Shown here in pieces: positions 36,344-49,294 of a DNA stretch of 64,000 nucleotides. The notes under the pieces are model-generated. The model worked only from the letters and a program-made list of their open reading frames with translations. It did no database searches and was not told where the DNA came from. Source of the DNA: Pseudogymnoascus verrucosus (taxonomy: Eukaryota); NCBI GenBank assembly GCA_001662655.1, contig KV460212.1; one strand, given 5' to 3'. Numbering within the stretch: the first letter of the stretch is position 1; every line of letters starts with the position of its first letter. A program made the position numbers and the translations under genes.

Positions 36344-37776
36344 TTCTACTATAACGATCAAGACGGCGTTGCAGGAATCTGATCTCGAGGTGCGTGCGAC
36401 CGGCGGGCAGCCGCAGCAGGTCCACAGCACATCCTTATATTATAGCCTCGTAGTTAGTCCCAAGGCCTCGGTGGTGCCGTCATCAATTCTCCGCGTACAG
36501 CGAATGCGATAGAACCCGCTTCAGGCCTGGCGTGGCAGGGGAAAGCATGAGTACCACGCATAGAGCAAATTAGATGGTCGCTGAGCTAGAAGCTCACGAG
36601 ACATGTGCCAATAGGTAGCCATAGTGTGACCAAGCAGGTGCGTTAGAGGGTCTCCGGTAAGATCTATCCGACTGAAAACCAAGACCACGAGCAGATAATT
36701 GGTTTGCAGGCAGGGATGGGGAAGGCTATGTCCAGCGCATCCCACTGCTGTGAGTGGTTGGTGGGGTTGGGAGCGCGAAGTTCGGCCATAGTAGATTCGC
36801 CGGATGCAATAGTGCGTGGAGTTGCATTGTAAGCTTCCACACATGGAAGGCGGAGTGGGCGCCACGCGGCGGGATGCTGGCTAGAACAGGCTGGTTGCCG
36901 TGGGAGCCGTGTACAATAATCAATATTAATCCATGGCCTGTTGGATTAGTGCAAGTAGTATTTGGATCCACCTTTTCTATAATATGGACAATGGTTGTAT
37001 ATAAACAACGGATTTATTCTTCTCCTACCCCAATATTCCCCCACGATCCCCGGGTGAAGTCCGGACGTGGGGAATTCCCCATCCCCCGCAATCTAAAAGC
37101 GGGCTCTGGGGTAATGCAAAGCCTCGGCAAACCCACCATACCCACGTCACAGCACATGTTAAATACCATTTTCGCATTATTTACTGGATACGAACAAATT
37201 TGAGCGCTGTTCTCCGCACTCCGCACTCCGGTTTTTCTGTAAGCAGCATGACTTGCTCGTGATAATCGTTACCCCTTCCATCGACGGCTAAGTGGACACT
37301 GCTCACCCGAATCCACGTTGTTAAGCCTCAGGGGGTTCAGTGGAATCTGCGATCTCCACTGTGGTGCTGATCGCCCCGACAAGGCTGTTTTCAGGAACAA
37401 TTGGAGGTGCACAATACATAAGGGACGGCTGTACGAGGCTGACTGTGCCGTACAGTAATATTTCCTAGTTCTATCGCATCTACGAGGATCCTCGGATGTA
37501 AATAAACATGAACGGCTTCTTTTGAATGTATGCAAGTTATATTTCACGTCATGTTGATCCTGCGGTACTTATATAGTCTCAATTCTTCTATCGCCTGAAA
37601 ATAGCACTGTACTGTACAAACCCGTCGAACTGGCGTACCAGTTCCAACAAGGCGGAAATGGTGACCATGTATTCAAACTTTTCGACCTCACCGCTCCCAC
37701 CGCACACCCCAATCGCGACCCAATCTATCCGCGCCCGCTGTACAATGCAAACATCTAACCCAATCTAATCCCCATC

Positions 37777-40176
37777 TCACAGTCCAATCTCAGCCTTCAC
37801 CCACTTCTCCAGTCCACCCCTCGCAATAATCTCCTGCACATTCGGCGGCATCTGTCCAACAGCCTGCGTCCACTTCGCACCCCCCTCACCCTCCTGCACC
37901 GTGATCTCGCTCCTCCTGACATCCCACTCAAACGTCCATCCCGTCCTGCGCGTGAGCGCCTTATCCGCGCCGCTGAACTGCTTCCTCAGTCCCTCGACCA
38001 GACGCGGCACCTCGAGTCCGAGGAGCGCGTTGTTGATGCTGTTGCGGGAGAAGATGTTGCCGAAGCTGCCGGAGACGACGAGCGGGATCTTGCTCGCGAG
38101 GATCGCGGTCGCGGCCTGCTCGCGGGAGCTGCCGCAACCGAAGTTGAAGCCGGAGACGAGAATGTCACCCTCGCGGATGACGCTGCCGAATTCCTTGTCG
38201 TAGTTCTCCATGCACACCTCGGCCATCTTCTCGATGGAGACGCCGTCCTGGTAGGTGTATTTTCCGGGGTAGATGGCGTCGGTGTTCAGGTTGTCGGCGT
38301 CGCAGAAGACGATCTCGCCTCTCACCTTCTCTGGGAATCCCGCAACGATCTCGGTCAGTCCTGCACCCTCCTTTTCGGTGGTGGCCTCCTCGGCCTCTCC
38401 AAAGAGGCTGGACTGCGCGTTGTCGACGAGCGAATCGGCTTCGGAGATCAGCTTCGCAAGCGCCTCTTCGATGCTGGTCGCCTTGTCGGCTTCGACGTTG
38501 CCAGTGCCTTCGCCAAGGACCACCTTAGTCACACCTTCTGGTGCCTCGTAGAATCCGGGGCCGCTGATATATCCGCTTAATGCGCTAGCAGCAACGACTT
38601 CAGGGCTGGCGAGGTACGCCTTAGCGTCTGGGCTACCCATTCTGCCCTTGAAGTTGCGGTTGCTTGCGCTGATGCCGACTTCGCCTGCCTCGAGGAGACC
38701 TGTACCAAGACCGATGCATGGTCCGCATCCAGATGGCAACGGCTTGGCACCAGCCTCGAGAAGGACGCCCCAATCACCCGCTTCTTCAGCTGTATGCTGC
38801 TCGGCGAGTGACGCCGCTGCGATGTATAATTCAACGTTCGGTGCGACCTTGGGGGACGCGCCGGTCTTGGCGGCTTCCGTGAAGACTTTGGCCGCAGCCG
38901 CAAGATCCGAGGCTCTTGAGTTGGTGCAGGAGACGAGATACGCCTTCTGGATGTTGATCTTCTGTGCTTCGAGATCCCGCAGTGGGGTTGCAATCTTGAC
39001 GCTATTGGGTCCGGAAACGTAGGGAGAAAGAGTAGACAGGTCGAGGAAGAGCGACTTTGCGTATGTAGCGCCTCGGTCTGCTCTTATTGGGCTAGTGGTG
39101 AGGTTCTCGATGATGGCATGGGAGAAACGGTCCTTGCTTCCTGTGCCTGATTCATACATTGCCGCGGTGGTTGCCTTGTATCGTAGCCATGACAGAAGCA
39201 CAGAGTCGATTGGGAAAAGACCAGATAATGCGCCCCACTCCGTTGTCATATTGGCAATGGCAAGACGGTCATCGACCGGCAAGCTACGCATCGTCTCCTC
39301 GGATCCAGTAAATTCGATGGCGTGGTTGAGGACCTCGTCGCTGTTAAATAGACCACAGAGCGCAACAATGACATCTTTTCCAGTGACACCTACTGGTAGG
39401 ACACCAGTGAAGTGGCACTTAGCTACAGGGGGTACCTGCCACCACGTTCGGCCAGTTGCCCATATGCTCGCCGCGTCGGTTCTGACAATGGGCGTTCCGA
39501 GGCATCCAACGCCACCATACATGTTACTATGGCTGTCCGAAGCAACGGTAACTGTGCCAGGCCATGCGTATCCCTCTTCGATCATTATTTGATGCCCGAT
39601 GCCCTTACCGGCGCCGAAAAATCTTATCCCCTGTTGCTCGGCGAAGGTCTCGATCTGCTGGTATTTCTTTAGATTCGTCTCGCTCTTGTTCTGGACGTCG
39701 TGGTCGAGGGTGAACACCATTTGGCTAGGATCGTTGACCTTAGTAGCGCCAATGGACATGAACTTCGATGCAACGGGCCAAGAGTTGCTGGGCGGGATAG
39801 TTAGCATTCTCTTGAAAGGATAAAATATGGGAGGAATTGAAGTCTTACTCATGGGTCATGCACTTGTGAGGTGAGAGAGTCACAAAGTCTAAACATAAGA
39901 GTTAGTATTCGCCCAAACGCCCGAGTCTGCAAAATAGAAGGGGCAATTCATACCTCCAGACTTCACAACCTTGTCTTTTGGCAGGCCGAGGGAATAGCGC
40001 TGAACAATCTTCTCGGTGAGCGTCTGCGCCTTGTCCAGAGACGAGAGGGAGGCATTATTCCTCCTGTAGACAATGCTACCGTGGAAAAGTCGGCCGGCGA
40101 CGACGGGCAGCGCTCGCGGGCGCATCGACCCCAGCGACTGCATATTCACCCTCATTTGGGTTGCTCTGATATTCAT
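37777..40176 (-). CDS. LYS4: Mitochondrial homoaconitase (lysine biosynthesis); exons 40176-39954, 39888-39849, 39787-37777 (start could be 40155 or 40143)
   Basis: [31 protein letters not shown], Fe-S ligands SCTNSR and [18 protein letters not shown] and [11 protein letters not shown]. Confidence 0.96.
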
Positions 40177-41007
40177 GATTTGTCTTGCAATCCAAGAAAC
40201 TTCGAGCTCTGTGGCGGCCAGAAAATCAGAGGGGATGAGCGCGGTATCGGTGGTTAGCCGTGACAGCCAATCATCGACGCGGATTATCAATTCTGGGCAA
40301 AATAACGTGCTTGACTAATCAGGAGTAGGGTAGCCTTGTACGGCGCTACTTTATTCCGTTGTACTCCACTTTGGACCCTTTGCCAAGATTAGAGATCTCA
40401 GCCTTATAGGTTTGATTCAACAACTCGTATTGAGTAACATATTGTCGCACGAGATAGACGGTAAAAGGACTTGAACTTATTACCACGAAGAGTCCATAGT
40501 AGTTGCTCTATAACCACTCACTTACAAATATTCAGTTGCAACTGTGAACTACGGTCATGGCCTCAACAAGCAAGACTGGGCGCTGAAACATGGCGCAGCG
40601 GCTTACGTTGTTCTCTGCCGTCAAGACCTATCCGAGAATTTGACACAGCTCACCCGCAGCACACCTTCCCAAGATGGAGAGATACGGCTTCACCGCCGTC
40701 CCACAGGTTTGTGTAATGAATATTGCTTATGTTTTCAGATGACGAAAGCCGGACGGATGAGTGTCCACATACGATCATTAAATCTCACTCAGCGCATGCG
40801 GCTGGTTCAACAAGAGGTAATAGATTCAAGATATCATCATTAAATAGCATCGTCGCTCGTGCGCGTAAATCTGAAACACCACCAACCCTCCCAGTCGTAA
40901 CCCGTCACCAAGACCAACCCGCCAAAGAATAGACGAACACTCAAGCTTTCACCCCGGGTATATCACAGGGGTATCCATCCCGTCTCATCCGCACATAATC
41001 AATGCGC

Positions 41008-41347
41008 CTAGCAGCAGCATTCGAGGCACTCAAAGCAAGCAAACCCGGCGCAACTATGAGTCGAAATGTCAGTAGAGAGTCCTCAGTTTCGCGGGGTATA
41101 TACGAAGAGCTGGGTTAGAGGGCACTCACAGGCCGCAGCAGAGTCCTCCTGTTCCTCCACCGCGCATGCTAACAGGCTCCTCGACGGTCATCTTCTCAAC
41201 AGGTTTCTGCGGCCCGGGTTAGTTGTGTATTGATGAGACGAAGAGCGGAGTGGCCAAGGAGTCACCTACAGGCTGTTCCTGGATTTCCTGAGCAGATGGA
41301 ACATCCATCGTCTGGGCCTTTGGCTGGTTGACTTCTGGGGCAGGCAT
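41008..41347 (-). CDS. 66-aa cysteine-rich tail (CYSTM-like) membrane-anchored protein; exons 41347-41270, 41206-41130, 41053-41008; not in the ORF track
   Basis: Spliced translation MPAPEVNQPKAQTMDVPSAQEIQEQPKPVEKMTVEEPVSMRGGGTGGLCCGLCAGFACFECLECCC*. Introns GTAGGT...CTAAC...CAG and GTGAGT...CTGAC...TAG keep the frame. Confidence 0.85.
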
Positions 41348-42291
41348 ATTGATAGTTAATTGAACTGTGAATAATAATATGGATGTTAAAGATGGGAGAA
41401 GTCGTCTTTATAGATGACGGTTGAAGTTGGAGGGTAGTGGCTGGGTCAGCTGGAGGGCTAAGCTGCGCCTGCAGAAGCGAGCGTCATCAACCTTGTACCA
41501 AAATAGTAGCGGTCCATATAATATGTACATAAGCAGTCGTGGATGACAAGGGTGCAACGGTAGAGAACGGGGTTGTGCGGCATATTACCCGTACTCCGTA
41601 TCACTGCGTACGGCGATACCGAACTCGGAGAGCGGGTACGAGGTGGCTGTTGGCAGTGATCAGTGCTTATCATTTCCTTGCGAGTGTTGTTCAGGGCCCT
41701 GGGCCATGTTTCTAAACTGTCCCCAAATTTTCCATTACTATTTATCCATCTGGACTATTTTATAGTTAAAAACGGCTTAATTTGCTTATAAAATGATACA
41801 TAGACGTATACTTGGGTGAGACGCGTTTATTGCGGCTGGGCCCACCTATGGGCTGCACTGCCTTTTGCACGCTGCCTTTGGTAGAAAATCTTCAGAAGAA
41901 CATTTAATTTTATTGGTGGGGGCTCGGGAGTGGTGGGATTAATATCTCAGCCACGTAGGCCTTAACTGGTAAGAAGGTAAACCTGTGCATGTTGGTTCAT
42001 TTTATAATGGCCGTTTATCTGCGCAAAGCACGAATTCTAAGACCTATTATTATCCTCCCATGGCATATAAATATTGTCTTTCTGTCTCCTGAATTGCCAT
42101 CTTCTCCGTTTGTTGAATATCCCTTTGCAATCTCTGCCATGCAACTATCCGTGTCTGTATCATAAAGCACCTTGATTGGTATATTGCAATTTAACGCTAT
42201 GTATCCATCGACTTTTCCTCTGTGCCGGTGCAACTCGAGTCTCGTATGACCGCCAAGTACGTCCAGACCCGGTCCATCCACCAGAAAACAC

Positions 42292-43740
42292 TCATTCTTT
42301 TATAGCCTTCCTGTGGACGTCAATCTTTTTGCCATCCTTCTGTCCTTGCTTATACGCCTTGTGGTCGCGTATCACATTGCTTCTCTTCCTCCCATTCTTG
42401 AGCTTAACACCTTTCTCAGTGAGATACTCTTCCGCAATCTTGGTGGCCGTTGCACGGAAAATATCGAGCTGCATTTGCGAAGCCCATTTCGACTCTGGCT
42501 CCTCATCCACATCAGCTGATGCGCCGGCATTTTTTCCAGGCGCTGATGTGTGAGATGGTACTTCAGTATTGGGTGCTGGCGGTGCCGCCGTGCCCGGTCC
42601 GATGAAGCTGTTGATTTCTTCATCCAAATCTCCCCAGATGTCATCCATCGTTCCAACCTCCACTTTGAAGTCTGGCTCTGCACAGTCATCGCCGCTATCT
42701 TCGTCTAGCACAATTGGCGAGTGTTCATTTGCGCCAGGGCTTCCGCCAGGCAGCTCCGAGTCAGACAGGGGCTCGTCTTTGACACTATCTTCATAATCAG
42801 TCATATCCTCATCACTGCTGGCCTCACTAGGTTCATAGGCAGGCGCTGCTGCCTCCGGAGAACAGAGGTCCACTGGCTCATCCTCCACTTGCTCATCGTC
42901 CACATGAGGTGCGAGACGATCCAATTGAGCCTGGCGCTCGAGTTCCTCTTGCCGGATTTTAGCCTCTGTTGCCTCCTTCTCAGCCTTCTTGGCTTCAGCC
43001 AGTTCATCTGCCTTTCTCTTCTTTGCCATTTTGTATAGTCCATCACTGGCACCAATGGTGTAGCTATTTCTTGGGCCAGTACCCCTGTGAGGTCTTGCCC
43101 ACTCGGCAATCAAGTTATATACCATCTCAAACGACAGAGCAGCAGTGACCGTGTTCTGCGCAATGCCATAGAATGTGAGCTTCAGAAAATGGTTGTAGGT
43201 AGTCGAGTAAGATTTGCAGTCAAAAAAGAGTGTTATGGCGCTCAGAAGGGTATTGACATAGTTCTGATGCTTCACAGACTTGGATTTGTCGCCGTCGACT
43301 CGGACAATCTCGACGTTGCTTTGTCCAGCGTAATTCCTCTGGGCAGAAGGTGGTTCATGGGCAAGTACTTCCGCTTGGGTGACATTGTACTGCCCCATCA
43401 AGCGTGAGGCTCGATGAAGCGCAACTTTGGCTTCGGCCTCAGGTGTGCCAGGGTGATTGGCGCGATCGAGACATTTTTTGATTCTCTCAAGGATCGTATT
43501 ATCAATGTCTGCAGTTGACGAGCTGACTCTGATCGTACCAGACTCGGCGAGATCTTTGACGACTGCTTTGTACAAAGGCTGGGGAAGTTTTGGTGGAGCT
43601 CGTTTGCGTTTCCGCTGAGGGGGAACAGGGCCTCCTCCACTGTCACTGTCACTGTCGAGGAAGCGGTTTAGGTCGAGGTCGTCTATTGTTCTCTTGAACA
43701 TGTTTCTGTAGATGTCCGGGAATAAGGTATCCGCGTCCAT
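42292..43740 (-). CDS. DUF2786-domain protein, intronless
   Basis: ILERIKKCLDRANHPGTPEAEAKVALHRASRLMGQYNVTQAEV matches DUF2786. It is followed by LTFYG...NSYTIG, an acidic spacer and C-terminal AYKQGQKDGKKID. Confidence 0.8.
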   Translation of the reverse strand: MDADTLFPDIYRNMFKRTIDDLDLNRFLDSDSDSGGGPVPPQRKRKRAPPKLPQPLYKAVVKDLAESGTIRVSSSTADIDNTILERIKKCLDRANHPGTPEAEAKVALHRASRLMGQYNVTQAEVLAHEPPSAQRNYAGQSNVEIVRVDGDKSKSVKHQNYVNTLLSAITLFFDCKSYSTTYNHFLKLTFYGIAQNTVTAALSFEMVYNLIAEWARPHRGTGPRNSYTIGASDGLYKMAKKRKADELAEAKKAEKEATEAKIRQEELERQAQLDRLAPHVDDEQVEDEPVDLCSPEAAAPAYEPSEASSDEDMTDYEDSVKDEPLSDSELPGGSPGANEHSPIVLDEDSGDDCAEPDFKVEVGTMDDIWGDLDEEINSFIGPGTAAPPAPNTEVPSHTSAPGKNAGASADVDEEPESKWASQMQLDIFRATATKIAEEYLTEKGVKLKNGRKRSNVIRDHKAYKQGQKDGKKIDVHRKAIKE

Positions 43741-44406
43741 CGAGATGGTTATCTTTTGTACTGTGCTGAAAGGAACGGTTTGGTATACAAACAAAGAAGA
43801 AGGTAAAGAGGGGTGGTATGAACGGGGTCCAATGTGATATGTGACTACAAGGGTGAGACATGCATGGCAAGGCTGAGAAATTGGGGGCCAATGTTCCTCC
43901 AGCCATAAACAAAGGCCAATCTGAAATGGATCTGCATTGTTTAGTTAAATACAGCCAGTTAACTTTAAGAAGGCCTTTATAAATTCAGAACAAATTCAGA
44001 CTATAGGTGTTTCTGTATGACGCTTGTGCATTAGACAGTAGAGGAGGGCATGTTGAACTTACAACGGCAACATATACGCACGCAAACGGACAGTCCCAAT
44101 CGTAAAACCGAAATATTAATTACTACTCATTACAAAGCGAAAAAAAAACCGCTTCTCTAAACCCACATAACCAATCCATCCCCATCCAATCCCACAGAAA
44201 GCCACAGTCTCAAAACGCGGCCTCCTGGTAGAGTAATATCCCCGAAACCCAGACGCCGCGCTGGCAGGGAAACAACAAACAAAAAAGAATAAGGAGAATT
44301 CCGAATATGCGAATGCCCATCCGGAGTTGTGTTAAAGGAAATGGGGGGTATATCCAGTAAACTGTCCACAGCTGCCACTTTTGGTTTCTCTTCCACCAGG
44401 CAACTA

Positions 44407-46472
44407 CTACAGCACCTCGCCTTCTCGGGTCTCTGCTCTCTCACCAATTGGTCGCTCCGTACCTGCATCTGAGACTCCATCGTCATCCTCGCCCATCTCT
44501 GACTCGATGAACCCGATCTGAGGTGTCGGGATCTGGACATCAAGCTACAGACCTGTCAGCCACCGACCTAGAATCACATGACAGGACTTGGGAGGGGGGA
44601 AAGTTAACTTACGCTCATATACGCGCTCTTCTTCAGGGAAATAAACCTCGCTTGCGAGCTCCCCATGTCCAACTCCCTATTAAACCCCTCAATCGCCTTT
44701 TCCACCGCCGCCAAACACCTCTTCGTATAGGTCAACCCCGCATCATCCCAAAACCACCCCGTACAAAGCCCCATCACCGCATCCACCAGATTCCTCACAC
44801 CAAACGGATTGAACGCCTCAATGAGCCGCGCATTGATCGACTCCACGCAGCGACGGAACTCCGCTTCCCCCAGCCCAGCTTCGCCGAGTAGCTCGGGGTA
44901 GGTGGCGCTGAATGTCGGTGCCAGGTCGCCGGCGATCATCCAGTCCCGTGGGATGCGGATGATGCGCGTGTTTGCGTAGGCGACGGAGTCGGCGGGGACG
45001 TAGGGGTTTAGATGCGGGAAGCATGGGTGCGCGGGACCCCAGGCGTCGTCGGCGCCGGGGGTGATGGGGCGGTCGGAGCCGTGGATGGAGGTGTGTGTTG
45101 AAGTTAAGGACGCGAGGTTGTCGGTGGTGTCGTGGTCGTGGTAGGGGTTTTGGGATTGGGTGAGAGGTGGTCCGCTTTCGAGGTCGGCCATTGTTGTGTA
45201 GTTTCTTGTGGTGTGTGTGAGAGGTGGTCCGATGTCCTGTTTAAACGTCGGTGATAGCTCGACGGGTGGATGCAACGAAGCAATTGACTGTCCTCGTTTG
45301 CGGTAGCCCGTTAATCGCCGCTCAGTAGATGCTCGACTGTTTCCTTCGATATCTTTTCCCTTTCCCTTATCGTCGTAGTGCTCTACAGTAGCACCTGCCG
45401 TAAAATCTTCAGCCACAAGGCTAAAACTCCGCCGGATATCAATCGACGTCACGCTCCTCGGCAGACTAACGCGGTTACTCTGCGTCCCTGAGCTAGCCGC
45501 GCTATACTCAACCTGCAAACTCGCACGCCCGCTCGAATTCCGACTAAACCTCTGCTCCCTCAAACTCAGCAGCGGATAATCCCCAGCACCACCCTTGTCC
45601 TTGCCGCCAATAAACTCAATATCCCCCGCCCCCTGAATCTCTCCTTCAATCTCTCCCTTCGTCAGCTGTGGATGCCGCAGCGGAATCGCTGGCTGCGCAA
45701 CACTCCCTCCTGACGCCGCTCTCGCGCGCGCTCCTCTTTGCACCGCTGTAGTCGTAGTCGTCGGCCGACGCGTGCGCGGCGTGCTATTACTCGGATTCCA
45801 CAGCCGCGTAGCCCGCTGCGCTTCGAGCCTCAGCCGCTGCGTGCGCGGATCCGGTAGCTGCGGCAGGGGCGCAGGCGCGAATGCGTTGCGGAGGGACCAG
45901 CGACGGCGCGCGGCGGCGGGGGGAGTCGGGTAGGGCGGCTGGGAGGAGGGCGCGGGGAGGCGTGGGTTTGCGGTTGTTATTGGATTGGAGGGGGAGGTCG
46001 GGGAGGAGGAGGAGTGGGAGATGGGCCACGAGGCGGGAGGAGGCGCCGGTTCGTCCACGGCTGGGATGGGCGGCGGACTCGAGGATGGTCCGGCGGGCGC
46101 GCGGGGTGGGGGGCCGGGGTGGGAAGGGGCCAGTGATGCCGTTGCGAGGGGTGGTTTGTGAGGAGGCGGGTGGGGGAATAGCGAGAGGAGTGCGTTTGGA
46201 GGGGGTTGCGGCGTGGGTGGTGTCGTGGTGGTGGTTTTGAAGGTGTTCGGTTGACGTTGGTTTTCGGAGGTGCTGAGTTGGCGATCGGCAGACTTGGCGA
46301 GGCCGGAAAGGGGCGCGCTTGGGTACTGGTGCCGTAGGGAGGTGGCATCGAGTTCAGCGCAAAAACTCAGATTTTTTAATATCTGAGAAGCTGGGCTGGA
46401 AATGGTAATTTGGTGGGTGAATGGATTTGGAGTTTTAGGACTTGGTTCTGGGGAGGAGGAAATGGACTTCAA
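44407..46472 (-). CDS. ERF4/golgin A7 family protein (Ras palmitoyltransferase accessory subunit) with a long disordered N-terminus; exons <=46472-44613 and 44544-44407; start codon unresolved
   Basis: C-terminal WGPAHPCFPHLNP...IIRIPRDWMIAGDLAPTFSATYPELL...EFRRCVESIN...GLCTGW...ISLKKSAYMS|LDVQIP matches fungal ERF4-domain proteins. GTAAGT...CTGAC...TAG intron. Confidence 0.8.
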
Positions 46473-47397
46473 TTGATAGTGAGACGAGCAAGGGAGAGCC
46501 TATATACAACTTGGAACTGAGCCGGTGACCACACCTCCTTACATTTCGCCCAAGGTAAAGCTTTCCTCAAACCCGACACGCACGATATGTCAATCCACCA
46601 ATGTGAAAATTCCCATATCGAGCCTCCCATAAAAGTGATACCGTCGTTCCGTCACCGATCTAGGCAACTCGCGGCGCCGGGACCGTGTCACTGTTGGCAG
46701 AGTCGCAGGTGTGACGACAACACAGCGCAATCAAAAGTCTCAGATCCAACAACGCTCGGATCGCAGACGACGATAATGCCGGGATGTAGTAGGCGACCTT
46801 TTCCATGCCCCCCGTTCAGCCCTCGAACGACCTCCGGGTTGCGCGGTGTTTCAAAATTGGGGGATGCATGGCTGGCGGAATCCCAAACTACTGGTCCATG
46901 CGACAGTGGCGCGTGGATCCGCGTCTCAGAATCCGGGATGCAGAGTCGGCATGATCCGGACAGAGCTACAGAGTTGCAGAGATGGGATGAAGATGCGCGA
47001 GGATGCGAGTGCTTCCGGGAACAGGGGAGATAGACATGTCTAAGATCGCAGGAACGGGATTTTTTTGTCGGGACCTATAGAAAGGGGTTCGTAGGGGATC
47101 TCCACACATCACGATAATTCATGCACTGGAGTATTACTAACAAGAGCACAATTTACGTCACATTAAAGCGTTAGATGGCATGTGCAAGAATCGAAATTGG
47201 GAGCTGGCATTCAATCCAACCGCCGTCTCACTATCCCCATCACTAATCAAAATAATATCGGGCATATATAATCAGGATATGCTCTCATCTCCACTCCCCA
47301 CCCAGCTCAAAAAGATCGTGGTTTCGGGTCCGCTGAGCCCCCAGACTCGCAGCCGTAACGCTGCCTGCTACTTCGGTGAGTAGATAGCGATAGACGG

Positions 47398-49294
47398 CTA
47401 GACAGACGCGGTCTGTGCCTGGGCCTCCTCGCGTTCAAGCAGAGCCTGGATGACCCCCACTTTCCCGTTGGTCCCCTTGGCAGCCTCAACTCCTAGCTGC
47501 TTATCGGACCAAAGCGGCTCGACGGGTGCCTCATCGGCTCCGACGCCCAGGAAGCCGCCTTCGGCAGCCCAGTCACTGGTGCGCTTAATGCCGAGCTCGG
47601 TCCACACGCTCTCGAGCGCGCCGACAAGGTGCTCACGGTACTCCTTCGTGTGACCTGGGGTGGGCGTAATGCGGAGTCTCTCCTGTCCAACAGGGACGGT
47701 GGGGTAGTTAATGCTCTGCACGTAGATTCCGTGCTTCTCGAGCAACAAGTCGCTTGCGGCCTTCGCTAGCTCGGCGGTACCGACGAGCACGGGGATGATG
47801 TGGGATGGGTTGTCCATGACAGGGATGCTGCGAGCCGCGAGCTCGTCCTTCACGGCGCGAGTGTGCAGCTGCTGGAGGCGACGGTCGCTTTGGGTGGACA
47901 TCTGGTACTCAATGGCAGCGCGTGCGCCTGCCATCGTGGCCGGGGGGAGGGTGGTGGTGAAGATGAAACCGGCGGCGAGGGAGCGCACGGCGTCGACCAT
48001 GGAGGCTGAACCGGCGATGTAACCACCTACGCAGCCGTAGGCCTTGCCGAGGGTGCCGGTGATGATGTCGATACGGTCCATGATGGTGCCGCTGGGGCGA
48101 CCGTTCACGTGAGCCTCATAATCGAGGTGCTCTGCCACGCCAGCACCGTGTGGTCCGTACATACCCACTGCGTGGACCTCATCGAGGAAGGTGATGGCGC
48201 CGTACTTGTCGGCCAAGTCGCAGATCTCCGCGATCGGAGCGACGGAGCCGCACATGCTGTAGACAGACTCGAAAGCGATGATCTTGGGGGTAGAGAGTGG
48301 GAGGGATGCAAGCTTAGCCTCAAGGTCCGCGAGATCATTGTGCTTGAACACCATCTTCTTCGCGCCAGAGTGCTGGATACCCACGATCATGGAGTTGTGG
48401 TTCAAGCTGTCGGAGAGCCAGACACAGCCTGGCAGGCGACTGCCCAACGTGGCCATGGTTGCGTCGTTGGCAACATAGCACGAAGTGAATGCCAGCGCTG
48501 CCTCCTTCGCATGCAACGTCGCCAAGGTCTTCTCGAGCGCCACGGCATGCTGGTTATGACCTGAGATATTCCGTGTTCCGCCGGCACCGGCACCGTATAC
48601 GTCAAGGGTCTCGTGCATTGCCTTAAGAACATTCGAATTTCTGCCCATGCCTAGGTAATCGTTGGAGCACCAGACCGTGACGCGCTCCTCTGGGTTTGCG
48701 GTGTGCGCACGCGGGAACTCCTTGGCTAGTCGGTTGATGTTGTTGAAATGGCGGTAAGATTTGTCCTTGTGCTTCTTCTCGAGTTCGTTCGTGTAGAAGG
48801 CATCGTAGTCGAACTTGCCATCCTTCTTCACCAGATTCTCTGGTACGGTGGCAGCCTCCTTGAATGGCTTGGCTGGCTTGATCTGGGGGACTGGGGTATG
48901 TCAGTAACCGTTATAGAAATATGTGCCTGGTAGTTGACTCACGCTTTTCACCCATCAGGATGCCCTCCATTGGCCTGGCTTCATGAGCGCTGCTCGTATG
49001 AAGTTTGGCCTTGCCAGTGCTGGCCTTTCCGGAGAAGCCGCGGATGCCCTTGAGGGCTGCAATGGCGCCAAAAGCGACGTTACCGCCGGTCTTCGCGCTC
49101 TGGACGGCCATAGCTGATCCCATGACAGGGCAGCGGCGAGCAATGGTCTGCAGGTTGGACATGGAGCCGCCACCTGGGGACGCATGGTAGCTGCGAGTTG
49201 GGCCGCTGGTGGCAGAGAGGGAGCGGAGAGTCGCTGGAGACGTCTTCTTCAAGAAGGGACACATGGTCTTGGATTGCCGAAGAACGGTGTCCAT
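47398..49294 (-). CDS. HEM1: Mitochondrial 5-aminolevulinate synthase; exons 49294-48943 and 48890-47398
   Basis: Presequence with CP motifs (MCPFL, RCPVM); [33 protein letters not shown] lysine TLGKAYG; INYPTVP. Confidence 0.97.

Noticed and set aside
40544..40932. Possible small spliced gene on the plus strand upstream of LYS4
   Set aside because: It would need a ~31-nt intron and has no codon bias or recognisable motif.
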